Part shown: piece after piece, positions 1-8,419 of the stretch | How positions within the stretch are numbered: position 1 is the first letter of the stretch | Layout of the letters: each line of letters starts with the position of its first letter | Sequence record: PZ445463.1 | Origin: a phage | Direction: 5' to 3' (one strand) | Length of the DNA stretch: 43,096 nt | Notes under the pieces: model-generated | Seen by the model: only the letters and a program-made list of their open reading frames with translations | Database searches by the model: none | Told to the model about the DNA's origin: nothing | Position numbers and translations under genes: made by a program

Positions 1-1272
1 GTGAACGTTAATATCACGGCAACGGAGCCGCAAGGCGCGTTTCTCGGTATGCATTGCAAGTTTCCGGCATTCGTAGCTGGCTTCGGTACGGGTAAATCCG
101 AAGTTATGTGCAACTCTGCACTACTCGACAGCATGGAAGGTGGTAGCGATTCTATCATCGCCATGTATGAGCCGACTTATGACCTGGTGCGCCTCATCCT
201 TGCACCGCGTATGGAAGAAAAGCTCACCGACTGGGGTATCCGGTACAAATACAACAAGTCTGACAACATAATCTATACGTCTTCCGGACAATTTGGGGAT
301 TTTGTTCTGCGTACACTTGATAATCCAGCACGAATCGTTGGCTACGAATCGTTTCGTGCGAAAATCGACGAGTTGGACACCCTTAACATGGAGCACGCCG
401 AGCACGCGTGGAACAAAGTCATCGCCCGTAACCGCCAGTTGCCGCGGACATATAAACCTATTACACCGAAACCTGCTAATACCGTTTCCGTGTTCACTAC
501 CCCGGAAGGATTCCGTTTCGTACATGACCGCTGGGTAGTCAAAAAGAATCCAGGCTACGAGATGATTCAGGCGTCCACCCTGTCTAACCCGTTCCTGCCA
601 GAAGATTATGTGCAGTCGTTACGCGACACATACCCAGGTCAGTTGATTGACGCCTACATCAACGGCGAGTTCGTCAACCTGACGGCGGGGACTGTCTATT
701 ACGCCTATGACCGCAGGAAAAACAGCAGCCGCGAAACAATAAAACCAGGCGAGACTCTGTATATCGGGCAGGACTTTAACGTAGGCCACATGGCTAGTAC
801 AGTTTACGTGCAACGTGGCAAAGTCTGGCATGCAGTCGCCGAGTTGGTGGATATGTTCGATACGCCCGATGTGGTGAGAGCCGTAACAGAGCGCTGGAAA
901 AGTAAGGGCCACTATATCGTTATGTACCCCGACGCAAGCGGTAAAAACCGTAAAAGTAACAACGCCAGCACATCTGATATTGCCCAGTTACAGCAGGCCG
1001 GCTTCGAAGTGCGCGCTAAATCGACAAACCCACAGGTTAAAGACCGCGTAGCGGCGATGAATAAGGCGCTTGAATCTGGTATGGTCATGATTAATGAGCA
1101 GGCTTGCCCGGTTACCGCGCGATGCCTGGAGCAACAGGCTTACGACAAGAACGGCGAACCGGATAAATCGGGTGGTGTGGACCACCAGAATGACGGGACC
1201 ACATATCCCATCGCGTATGAAATGCCGATTCGCAAACCAGTTATTAACGTCCCGGTGACTTTCGCACTTTAA
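1..1272 (+). CDS. Terminase large subunit (GTG start at position 1)
   Basis: Walker A-like GFGTGKSE near N-terminus; immediately precedes portal; frame opens after a stop at 43082-43084 if ends are joined, with AAGG/GGTG SD-like sequence at window end upstream of GTG. Confidence 0.8.
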   Translation: MNVNITATEPQGAFLGMHCKFPAFVAGFGTGKSEVMCNSALLDSMEGGSDSIIAMYEPTYDLVRLILAPRMEEKLTDWGIRYKYNKSDNIIYTSSGQFGDFVLRTLDNPARIVGYESFRAKIDELDTLNMEHAEHAWNKVIARNRQLPRTYKPITPKPANTVSVFTTPEGFRFVHDRWVVKKNPGYEMIQASTLSNPFLPEDYVQSLRDTYPGQLIDAYINGEFVNLTAGTVYYAYDRRKNSSRETIKPGETLYIGQDFNVGHMASTVYVQRGKVWHAVAELVDMFDTPDVVRAVTERWKSKGHYIVMYPDASGKNRKSNNASTSDIAQLQQAGFEVRAKSTNPQVKDRVAAMNKALESGMVMINEQACPVTARCLEQQAYDKNGEPDKSGGVDHQNDGTTYPIAYEMPIRKPVINVPVTFAL

Positions 1273-1284
1273 GAGGATTATTCA

Positions 1285-2766
1285 ATGTTAACTATGAACG
1301 GTCAGAATCAGGGTGTTAAGACAAAACACCGGGAATGGCTGCATCACTTCGATAAATGGCAGAAGGTGCGCCACGCGCTGGAAGGTGACCTTATCCGCTA
1401 TCTGCGCAACGTCGGGAAGAACGAGCCTGACCCTACCTACGCGGCACAGCGCCAGGAAGAATATGAGAATGGTGCTATCTGCTACAACTTCACTAAACGT
1501 ACCCTTGCGGGGATGGTGGGGTCGGTGATGCGCAAAGACCCTGAACAGATTATCCCGCCTGAACTGGAGTACCTGTTACGTAATGCAGACGGTTCAGGTG
1601 TCGGTCTGTGGCAGCACGCGCAGGACACGCTGATGGAGATTGACTCGGTAGGCCGTGGCGGGTTGCTGGTGGACGCGCCGGAGACAGCTGCGGCAACGGC
1701 AGCCGAACAGAACGCGGGGTTACTAAACCCGGTCATTGCATTCTACACTGCTGAGAACATCATCAACTGGCGACTGACCCGCATCGGCTCAGTGAACCGT
1801 GTGACGATGGTCGTGTTACGTGAGGTGTGGGAATACTCAGAACCAAGTGCAGAGTTCGAAACAAAGTTCGGTGAACAATACCGCGTTCTCGATTTGATTG
1901 ACGGGCGCTACCGCCAGCGAATCTATCGCTTCGATGCCGAAGGTGGCGCACAGGATGAAGTAATCGAAATCTTCCCGGAACTCGGCGAACAGTTGCGCGG
2001 TAAAATCCCGTTCACGTTCATTGGCGCAAGCAACAACGACGCCACTATAGACGATGCGCCTTTACTGCCGTTAGCTGAGCTAAATATAGGACACTTCAGA
2101 AATTCGGCCGATGTGGAAGAGGCCAGCTTTATAGTAGGTCAACCGACACTGTTCATTGCCCCCGGCGAGAACATGAGCATGGAGCAGTGGAAAGAAGCCA
2201 ACCCACACGGCATACGCATGGGGTCGCGTTCAGGCCACAACATCGGCTCCGGCGGAAATGCGTTTCTGGTTCAGGCGGCGGAAACTAACCTCGCCAAACA
2301 GAATATGCTGGATAAAGAGAATCAGGCCATCCAGATTGGCGCGCAGCTTATCACCCCGACGCAGCAAATCACCGCGGAATCGGCCCGCCTGCAACGCGGC
2401 GCCGACACGTCAGTCATGGCAACAATAGCACGTAATGTAAGCATGGCGTATACCGATGCGTTGCGCTGGGTTGCGGGTATGCTTGGGCTTAGTGAAGATA
2501 CTGAGATTGAGTTCAAGCTGAATATGGAATTCTTCCTGCAACCTATGACAGCTCAGGACCGCGCTCAGTGGATGGCGGATATTAACGCTGGCCTGCTACC
2601 CGCCACCGCTTACTATGCTGCGTTGCGCAAGGCAGGTGTGACTGACTGGACAGATGAGGACATTCAGAACGCTATTGAAGACGCACCTCTGCCGTTGGGT
2701 TCTGTTGCTCAGGTAGCGGGAGAGATTCCGCAGTCGGCGCAGCAACAGGACACCACTCAGCAGTAA
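1285..2766 (+). CDS. Portal protein
   Basis: 493 aa ORF directly after TerL with AAGAGGA SD; position and size typical of portal; followed by hairpin 2776-2791. Confidence 0.7.
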   Translation: MLTMNGQNQGVKTKHREWLHHFDKWQKVRHALEGDLIRYLRNVGKNEPDPTYAAQRQEEYENGAICYNFTKRTLAGMVGSVMRKDPEQIIPPELEYLLRNADGSGVGLWQHAQDTLMEIDSVGRGGLLVDAPETAAATAAEQNAGLLNPVIAFYTAENIINWRLTRIGSVNRVTMVVLREVWEYSEPSAEFETKFGEQYRVLDLIDGRYRQRIYRFDAEGGAQDEVIEIFPELGEQLRGKIPFTFIGASNNDATIDDAPLLPLAELNIGHFRNSADVEEASFIVGQPTLFIAPGENMSMEQWKEANPHGIRMGSRSGHNIGSGGNAFLVQAAETNLAKQNMLDKENQAIQIGAQLITPTQQITAESARLQRGADTSVMATIARNVSMAYTDALRWVAGMLGLSEDTEIEFKLNMEFFLQPMTAQDRAQWMADINAGLLPATAYYAALRKAGVTDWTDEDIQNAIEDAPLPLGSVAQVAGEIPQSAQQQDTTQQ

Positions 2767-2775
2767 GTTCACCTA

Positions 2776-2797
2776 TAGCCCCGAAAGGGGCTTTCTT
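2776..2797 (+). terminator. Hairpin with GAAA loop after portal gene (weak U-tract)
   Basis: agcccc-gaaa-ggggct then ttctta. Confidence 0.35.
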
Positions 2798-2835
2798 ATA
2801 GTATGCTATTAACTTTAGCGCCACAGGGTTGATCT

Positions 2836-3879
2836 ATGAGCTTACTTACATCCCTAATCAGCCATCAGATATGGCTGCAACGCACCGCATCCGGTGAGGT
2901 GAAAGACCTCACGCCGTTCATTCAGGAGATAAGGGATGAAATCAAACGGCAGGTGCTGTTATTCGGTGACGACGGTCGCAGCACTGCGCGACTGAATAAA
3001 CTGTTACGCGACCTGGAAGAAGCACTAACCGGTATTACGGGTGACTGGCAAACAAAGCTAACAGACGACCTTAAGGAACTGGCGGCGTACGAGGCTGAGT
3101 GGAACGTAAAGACACTGACCGCCAACGTAGACGCGGAATTTGTTACGCCTACCGCTGAGCAGGTATGGGCCGCTGCCGAGTTTCAACCATTATCATTGAG
3201 CGACAAGCCCGTTGATTTCACCAAGCTGATGTCTGGATGGGGCGAAACGGAAGTAGCACGTCTTGTAACTGGAGTTAAGATGGGCTTTGTGCAAGGTCAA
3301 ACCACACGGCAGATTGTTAAGAATGTTGTTGGCGCTGGTGGACTAGCCGACATCTCAGAACGTAACGCGACTACGGTAATCCGCACCGCGCTGTCCCACG
3401 TATCCAACGAGGCCCGTAACGAGACGTACCGCCAGAACGACGACATCATCGAGAAGTACGAGTGGGTGTCAACGCTTGACAGCCGCACCAGTACGATTTG
3501 CAGGGTCAGAGACGGGATGACGTGGGAAATTGGTAAGGGGCCGATGCCCCCAGCCCATCCGAACTGCCGGTCGTGCACGGCTCCGGTAATCAGTTCCGAG
3601 TTCGACTTCCTCGATAAAGGCGCAAAACGCGCGGCTAAAGGCGCGGAAGGTGGCACTCAGGTAAGCGCAGACACCACTTACTACGAGTTCCTTAAACAAC
3701 AACCGGCGTGGTTTCAGGACCAGGCGCTCGGCCCGGTGCGAGGTAAGATTTTCCGTAACAGCGGTATATCGCCGGAAGAGTTTCGCGTAATATCTGTAGA
3801 TGGTTTCGGGAATCCGCTCACGCTTAAGCAGATGGCGGAACTCGATAAACGTGTTGCTGATTATCTGAAAGGGGAATAA
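2836..3879 (+). CDS. Head morphogenesis / minor head protein (SPP1 gp7 or Mu F-like by position)
   Basis: 347 aa ORF following portal; assignment by synteny and size, not by a recognised motif. Confidence 0.55.
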   Translation: MSLLTSLISHQIWLQRTASGEVKDLTPFIQEIRDEIKRQVLLFGDDGRSTARLNKLLRDLEEALTGITGDWQTKLTDDLKELAAYEAEWNVKTLTANVDAEFVTPTAEQVWAAAEFQPLSLSDKPVDFTKLMSGWGETEVARLVTGVKMGFVQGQTTRQIVKNVVGAGGLADISERNATTVIRTALSHVSNEARNETYRQNDDIIEKYEWVSTLDSRTSTICRVRDGMTWEIGKGPMPPAHPNCRSCTAPVISSEFDFLDKGAKRAAKGAEGGTQVSADTTYYEFLKQQPAWFQDQALGPVRGKIFRNSGISPEEFRVISVDGFGNPLTLKQMAELDKRVADYLKGE

Positions 3880-4340
3880 TGATGGGCTTTTTCAAAGTAA
3901 CTGACGTACCGTCTCGTCGCGTAGTCCAGTACGCCCGCGTGTCTGGCTCTGGCGAGAACGTGGTATTTATTGAGGACGAAAGTGTACTCGGTACACCGGT
4001 AGATGATATGCCGTTTGCAGATAAAACCGGTATTGCGTTGCCCGCCGCCGGTATGCTTTATGAAATTCCGTATCTGGCGGACGCTGGCGACGTGTATTTC
4101 TCTGCGCAACCGCAGGACGCTGAACTGGCGGGCGGCAGCGCAACCATCACTGTCGAGGTTAAGGCAGGCAAAGCGCCGTATTCTCTGACCTGGTACAAAG
4201 ACGGTAAGGAAGTGGTGAATGCGCCTGAGGAGGCTCTGTCTCTGACGGTTAATGCGGTCGGCGAATACTTCGTTAAAGTTACTGATGCCGATGGAGTAGA
4301 GGCGGTAAGCAAAGCGGCGAAGGTTACTAAGCCAGAATGA
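3879..4340 (+). CDS. Ig-like domain protein (possible capsid decoration)
   Basis: C-terminal motif KAGKAPYSLTWYKDGKEV...GEYFVKVTDADG resembles bacterial Ig-like fold; paralogous motif in ORF 7341-7685. Confidence 0.55.
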   Translation: MMGFFKVTDVPSRRVVQYARVSGSGENVVFIEDESVLGTPVDDMPFADKTGIALPAAGMLYEIPYLADAGDVYFSAQPQDAELAGGSATITVEVKAGKAPYSLTWYKDGKEVVNAPEEALSLTVNAVGEYFVKVTDADGVEAVSKAAKVTKPE

Positions 4341-4343
4341 TAA

Positions 4344-4370
4344 AAGGCCCCATTATGGGGCCTTAGTTTT
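4344..4370. terminator. Bidirectional terminator between convergent genes
   Basis: aaggcccca-tta-tggggcctt followed by agtttt. Confidence 0.5.
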
Positions 4371-4573
4371 CAACGGAATCTTGTGTTTAAATCCTGCTCA
4401 TGGACAACCCTCAGAACAGTGTCATAATCCCCGTATCTTCCAGGTTCAAATATATCTAATGCCTTGTAAGCAGACATTGCGTCAGGGAAAACCTGCAGAA
4501 CCTTTTTAACCCGGCACAAGTCACCGTCGAACTCTTCATCGAACTCTTGAACTACTTCGCAAATTGCATACAT
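4370..4573 (-). CDS. Hypothetical 67 aa protein, reverse-strand moron in head module
   Basis: ORF with AGGAGGTG SD (revcomp of 4579-4586); own promoter 4601-4629 on - strand; convergent terminator hairpin 4347-4362. Confidence 0.6.
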   Translation of the reverse strand: MYAICEVVQEFDEEFDGDLCRVKKVLQVFPDAMSAYKALDIFEPGRYGDYDTVLRVVHEQDLNTRFR

Positions 4574-4598
4574 TTTTCACCTCCTGTTTAAGTTAACT

Positions 4599-4629
4599 GA
4601 ATAGTACCCTATTATATTGGGGTGTGCAA
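4599..4629. repeat. 31-bp exact repeat (second copy at 13124-13154)
   Basis: gaatagtaccctattatattggggtgtgcaa identical at both loci. Confidence 0.9.
4601..4629 (-). promoter_or_regulatory. sigma70-like promoter TTGCAC-N17-TACTAT with embedded GAATAG-N4-CTATT inverted repeat
   Basis: Read on - strand; 31-bp block 4599-4629 identical to 13124-13154; drives gene 4370-4573. Confidence 0.55.
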
Positions 4630-4680
4630 ACTATTTATTTACGTATTCCAGTTATTCCTCGAATTGTAAATGTTGGAATA

Positions 4681-4696
4681 AACTATTCGAATAGTT
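4681..4696. promoter_or_regulatory. Perfect 16-bp palindrome AACTATTCGAATAGTT
   Basis: Uses the same CTATTC/GAATAG half-sites as the promoter-embedded repeat, in everted arrangement. Confidence 0.4.
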
Positions 4697-4947
4697 GACT
4701 TTTCACTAAAAATATGATAAGCTCCACCTGAGCTTGTGAAGTATGAACAAGCGACCGCGGCGCGGGCAGGTAACGGAGCGGGACGTAAGTCCTGAGTGCA
4801 GTTACGCTGACGCGTTCGGAAGGGCCATACTCTATTGCTTGTGTAAAAAGTAACTGGTTTACTGAGATTACGCCGTTTCTATGTTTAAATGATAAGGACT
4901 AGCGCCCCGCTTTATGGCGGGGCTTTACTTATCGAGAAAGGGGAAAC

Positions 4948-5334
4948 ATGAATCTTAAAGCAACTGTCGTAGCAGGAGCATGTTTCATCATCCTGGTTTA
5001 CGCACACGGCATCTACCAGTATCGCAGCGGATGGAACGAAGGCCGGGCTAATCTCGTTTCGCAGCAACAGCAGAAAGCACAGGCTGAGTTAGCGAAGAAA
5101 ACACAACGGCAGCAGCAGGATGAATCGAAGGCCGCCGCCGCTGACAACGAAGGCAAGACGAAATCAGAGGTGATTACCCGTGAAGTCGTTAAGTACATTA
5201 AAACGCCTGGTCGCAGCGTGTGCACTTTTGACCCTGAGCGCGTGCAGCTCAAGTCCCGCGCCGTCGCCAACGCCAATTCCATCCCCGGATACGACGATGA
5301 TGCAGCCGCCGTGCAAACTGGCGCAGCCAAGTAG
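4948..5334 (+). CDS. Rz-like inner-membrane spanin (i-spanin)
   Basis: N-terminal TM segment ATVVAGACFIILVYAHGI followed by Q/A/K-rich coiled-coil-like periplasmic domain; overlapping +1 frame lipoprotein ORF. Confidence 0.6.
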   Translation: MNLKATVVAGACFIILVYAHGIYQYRSGWNEGRANLVSQQQQKAQAELAKKTQRQQQDESKAAAADNEGKTKSEVITREVVKYIKTPGRSVCTFDPERVQLKSRAVANANSIPGYDDDAAAVQTGAAK

Positions 5335-5443
5335 CGACGCTGATGAGGATTTGGCCGTCGACGTTCAGAATGCTGAATGCGTACGGCAACTGAGACTGAA
5401 AGTGTTCATGTTGCAGGATTACGTGAGGAATATTCTGGAATAG
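5180..5443 (+). CDS. Rz1-like outer-membrane lipoprotein spanin (o-spanin), overlapping Rz in +1 frame
   Basis: Signal peptide with lipobox LSAC (LTLSAC) then proline-rich SSSPAPSPTPIPSP; overlaps 3' end of Rz-like gene. Confidence 0.55.
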   Translation: MKSLSTLKRLVAACALLTLSACSSSPAPSPTPIPSPDTTMMQPPCKLAQPSSDADEDLAVDVQNAECVRQLRLKVFMLQDYVRNILE

Positions 5444-5525
5444 TTGCCTTGCATGTTGGAATAATTTATTCTTGACATGTAAATCCGGGTGGCCCGGATT
5501 CCAACGTCCAGGGGACATACTGACT

Positions 5526-6227
5526 ATGAATCGTTTTTTACGTTATCCGTTCCAGGAAGAAGCTGGAGCAGAAGATAAAGCTGGTGGCGGTGACGCTCCT
5601 AAAATGTTCACCGCTGAAGAAGTTCAGGCGCTGATTGAGAAAGAAGTTGCCGGGCTTAAGGCTAATCAGGAAGCATTGTTGGCGGAGAAGAAAGAAGCCG
5701 CTCGCAAAGCAAAAGAGGCCGAAGAAGAACGGCAGCGCGCGCACCAGGAGGCGTTAAAAGCCGCTGGTAAGATGGATGAGTTCGAAAAGACGATTCGTAG
5801 CCAGTACGACCCTGTGTTAGCCGAGAAAGACGGTCGCATCTCCAGAATGGCAGAGCGTATCCTCGGCAGCGAACGTAAAGCGGTGCTAGGCTCTTTCGCG
5901 GGTGACTTTATTACCCCAGAAGCAGTGGACATTCTTGCGCCGTTCGTTAAGACTGAGTTCGAAGGCGATGATGTGGTTACTAAGTTTGTTGGTGCAGACG
6001 GTAACGTAATCACGACTGACCCGGAACAGTTCCGCAAATACCTGCGCGAACACAAGGCGTTTTCGCATTTGATCAAAGCAAATGCAGCTTCCGGCGGCGG
6101 GGCTTCCGGTAGCAAAGGCGGCGGGGCCGCACCAGCGTTTAAAGACATGAGTGAAGCAGAGCGTTTAGCCCTGTATAAATCGAACCCTGCCGAATTTGAA
6201 CGGCAACTTAAAGCCCTGAGGAAATAA
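5526..6227 (+). CDS. Scaffolding protein
   Basis: Charged helical protein (EKKEAARKAKEAEEERQRAHQEALKAAG) directly upstream of major capsid gene; start chosen at ATG 5526 with AGGGGA SD rather than ORF-track start 5472. Confidence 0.55.
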   Translation: MNRFLRYPFQEEAGAEDKAGGGDAPKMFTAEEVQALIEKEVAGLKANQEALLAEKKEAARKAKEAEEERQRAHQEALKAAGKMDEFEKTIRSQYDPVLAEKDGRISRMAERILGSERKAVLGSFAGDFITPEAVDILAPFVKTEFEGDDVVTKFVGADGNVITTDPEQFRKYLREHKAFSHLIKANAASGGGASGSKGGGAAPAFKDMSEAERLALYKSNPAEFERQLKALRK

Positions 6228-6229
6228 TA

Positions 6230-7279
6230 ATGGCAATTACCACTATCGGCGATATCGTAACTGGCAACATCCCGGTCCTGGCGTCTTATATGACCGAGGA
6301 CCCGGTAGAAAAAACCGCGTTCTTCCAGTCTGGTATTCTGACCCCGACCCCGTACGCTGCCGAGATTGCCCGCGGCCCGTCCAACGTCGCTAATATTCCT
6401 TTCTGGAAAGCGATTGATACCTCTATCGAGCCGAACTACTCGAACGACGTATACCAGGACATCGCCACCCCGCGTAACGTGCAGACCGGCGAGATGATGG
6501 CGCGCGTTGCGTACCTGAACGAAGGTTTCGGTCAGGCGGATTTGACCGTTGAACTGACCAGCCAGAACCCGCTGCAATCCGTAGCGTCACGTCTGGATAA
6601 CTTCTGGCAGCGTCAGGCACAACGCCGTCTGATTGCTACCGCGCTCGGGCTGTACAATGACAACGTAGCCGCTACCGACGCATACCACGAGCAGAATGAC
6701 ATGGTAATCGACGTGTCTGCTACTCTGGGCTTCGATGCGGGCGCGTTCATCGACGCTACCCAGACTATGGGCGATGCTCTGATGGGCAACGGCGGTGAAG
6801 TGCTGGGGGCTATCGCGATGCATAGCTTCGTTTATGCGCAGGCACGTAAGCAGCAGCTTATCGACTTCATCCGTGACGCGGACAACAACACCATGTTCGC
6901 CACCTACCAGGGCTACCGCGTGATTGTTGACGACAGCATGACCGTAGTCGGCACTGACCAGACCCGTAAGTTCATCTCTATTATCTTCGGTAACGGCGCT
7001 ATCGGTTACGGTGAAGGTTCTCCGTCCAACCCGCTGGAATACGAGCGCGAAGCGTCTCGCGGTAATGGTGGTGGCGTTGAAACCCTGTGGACCCGTAAGA
7101 CCTGGTTGCTGCACCCACTGGGCTACAGCTTCACCAGCGCAGTAATCACCGGCAACGGCACCGAGACTACCTCGCGCTCTGCTTCCTGGCAGGACCTGGC
7201 GAACGCCTCCAACTGGAACCGTGTTGTTGAACGTAAGCACGTACCGATCGCCTTCCTGGTAACTGGTGTCAGGTCTTAA
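6230..7279 (+). CDS. Major capsid protein
   Basis: 349 aa ORF after scaffold, followed by strong UUCG-loop terminator 7295-7323; synteny. Confidence 0.7.
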   Translation: MAITTIGDIVTGNIPVLASYMTEDPVEKTAFFQSGILTPTPYAAEIARGPSNVANIPFWKAIDTSIEPNYSNDVYQDIATPRNVQTGEMMARVAYLNEGFGQADLTVELTSQNPLQSVASRLDNFWQRQAQRRLIATALGLYNDNVAATDAYHEQNDMVIDVSATLGFDAGAFIDATQTMGDALMGNGGEVLGAIAMHSFVYAQARKQQLIDFIRDADNNTMFATYQGYRVIVDDSMTVVGTDQTRKFISIIFGNGAIGYGEGSPSNPLEYEREASRGNGGGVETLWTRKTWLLHPLGYSFTSAVITGNGTETTSRSASWQDLANASNWNRVVERKHVPIAFLVTGVRS

Positions 7280-7294
7280 GGTTAAGCTATAATC

Positions 7295-7323
7295 GAGAGG
7301 GACTTCGGTCCCTCTTTTCATTT
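7295..7323 (+). terminator. Rho-independent terminator after major capsid gene
   Basis: gagagggac-ttcg-gtccctctt then ttcattt. Confidence 0.6.
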
Positions 7324-7340
7324 ACTAAGAGGATTCCTAT

Positions 7341-7685
7341 ATGGCAGACGTATTGAAGCGGCGCATCACCGGCGTCTCCGCTGACGCCCCAGGTGCTAAG
7401 ATTGACATGGCGACTATTTCTCCTGCGTCTTTTTCTACCCCACTTAACGCTACTACCGAGGTTACCGCTCCCGCCGCATTGACTCTCACTGTTGCGGTAA
7501 CTGGTGGTCTGGCCCCTTATTCCTACCAGTGGTATAAGAATAACAACGCCATCGCAGGCGCTACCGAGGCTACGTACACCAAGGCCACTACTGTTGCTAC
7601 TACCGACTCCGGTACGTATAAAGTGGTTGTTCACGATGCGTATGGTAATATTATCTCCAGCAGCACTGTAGCAACTGTGTCTTAA
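7341..7685 (+). CDS. Ig-like domain protein (possible decoration protein)
   Basis: Motif VTGGLAPYSYQWYKNNNAI...GTYKVVVHDAYGN paralogous to ORF 3879-4340. Confidence 0.55.
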   Translation: MADVLKRRITGVSADAPGAKIDMATISPASFSTPLNATTEVTAPAALTLTVAVTGGLAPYSYQWYKNNNAIAGATEATYTKATTVATTDSGTYKVVVHDAYGNIISSSTVATVS

Positions 7686-7690
7686 TACAG

Positions 7691-7706
7691 CGGCCCTTCG
7701 GGGCCG
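7691..7706 (+). other. UUCG-loop hairpin without U-tract (possible RNA processing/stability element)
   Basis: cggccc-ttcg-gggccg. Confidence 0.35.
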
Positions 7707-7721
7707 TAATAAGGAAAGGTC

Positions 7722-7901
7722 ATGGCAGATAATTATGTAATCCGCGAAAAGTACACCCACGTTGATATTTTAGACGGTCAGGTGATGCCTGTTCGCGGTG
7801 TGGTAGAAGCGGATGAACTGGTTGCGACTCAACCGGACAACGAAGAAGCGCACAACAACGGCGGTGGTACTAAGCGTCGCCGCCGTAAGTCAGAGGAATA
7901 A
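7722..7901 (+). CDS. Hypothetical 59 aa protein
   Basis: ATG 7722 preceded by AAGGAAAGG SD; C-terminal basic tail KRRRRK; below ORF-track length cut-off. Confidence 0.4.
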   Translation: MADNYVIREKYTHVDILDGQVMPVRGVVEADELVATQPDNEEAHNNGGGTKRRRRKSEE

Positions 7902-7904
7902 TTT

Positions 7905-8417
7905 ATGCCGCTAATCGTGGAAGATGGGTCAATAGTACCTAATGCTGACAGTTACATTAGTCTGGCTGACGCCCGCGCGTTAGCGGCTAATTATGGTCTG
8001 GAGCTACCTGCAGACGATACCGCCGCAGAGGTGGCCCTGCGCAACGGTGCTACTTATGTCGGGCTTGCAGAGCCGCGGATGTGCGGTCGTCGGGTGTCCG
8101 CCGAACAGTCTCTGGCGTATCCCCGTACCGGGGTAACGTTAAACGGATTCCCGGTAGCGGATAATGTTATTCCGAAACAGGTGATTCTTGCGCAGGTAGT
8201 CGCCGCCGTTACGTACGGCTCCGGTACTGAGGTGCGGGCTAACTCGGACGGTCGTTCCGTGCAGACTGAGCGCGTAGAAGGCGCAGTGACCGTGACCTAC
8301 TTCAACAACGGCAGCAGTGGCGCCACAACCGCGATTACCGCTGCGGACGACGCCTTACGCCCGTTACTGTGTGGTGGTCTTAACAACGGCTTCTCATTTA
8401 ATGTGTACCGGGGTTAA
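7905..8417 (+). CDS. Head-tail connector / head completion protein (by position)
   Basis: 170 aa ORF in head-tail joining block; synteny only. Confidence 0.4.
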   Translation: MPLIVEDGSIVPNADSYISLADARALAANYGLELPADDTAAEVALRNGATYVGLAEPRMCGRRVSAEQSLAYPRTGVTLNGFPVADNVIPKQVILAQVVAAVTYGSGTEVRANSDGRSVQTERVEGAVTVTYFNNGSSGATTAITAADDALRPLLCGGLNNGFSFNVYRG

Positions 8418-8419
8418 AA

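Noticed and set aside
4700-4930. Possible tRNA gene in the long non-coding region
   Set aside because: No cloverleaf with acceptor stem plus a GTTCGA-type T-loop could be traced by eye; tRNAscan-SE would be needed to be sure, but nothing supports a call.
5472-5525. ORF-track start of the scaffold gene at 5472
   Set aside because: That start lies inside the Rz1-like gene region without an SD; ATG 5526 has an AGGGGA SD at proper spacing.
5666-7321. Long - strand ORFs 5666-6577 and 6587-7321
   Set aside because: They lie antisense to the scaffold and major capsid genes, have Arg/Ser-rich low-complexity translations typical of shadow ORFs, and lack SD sequences.
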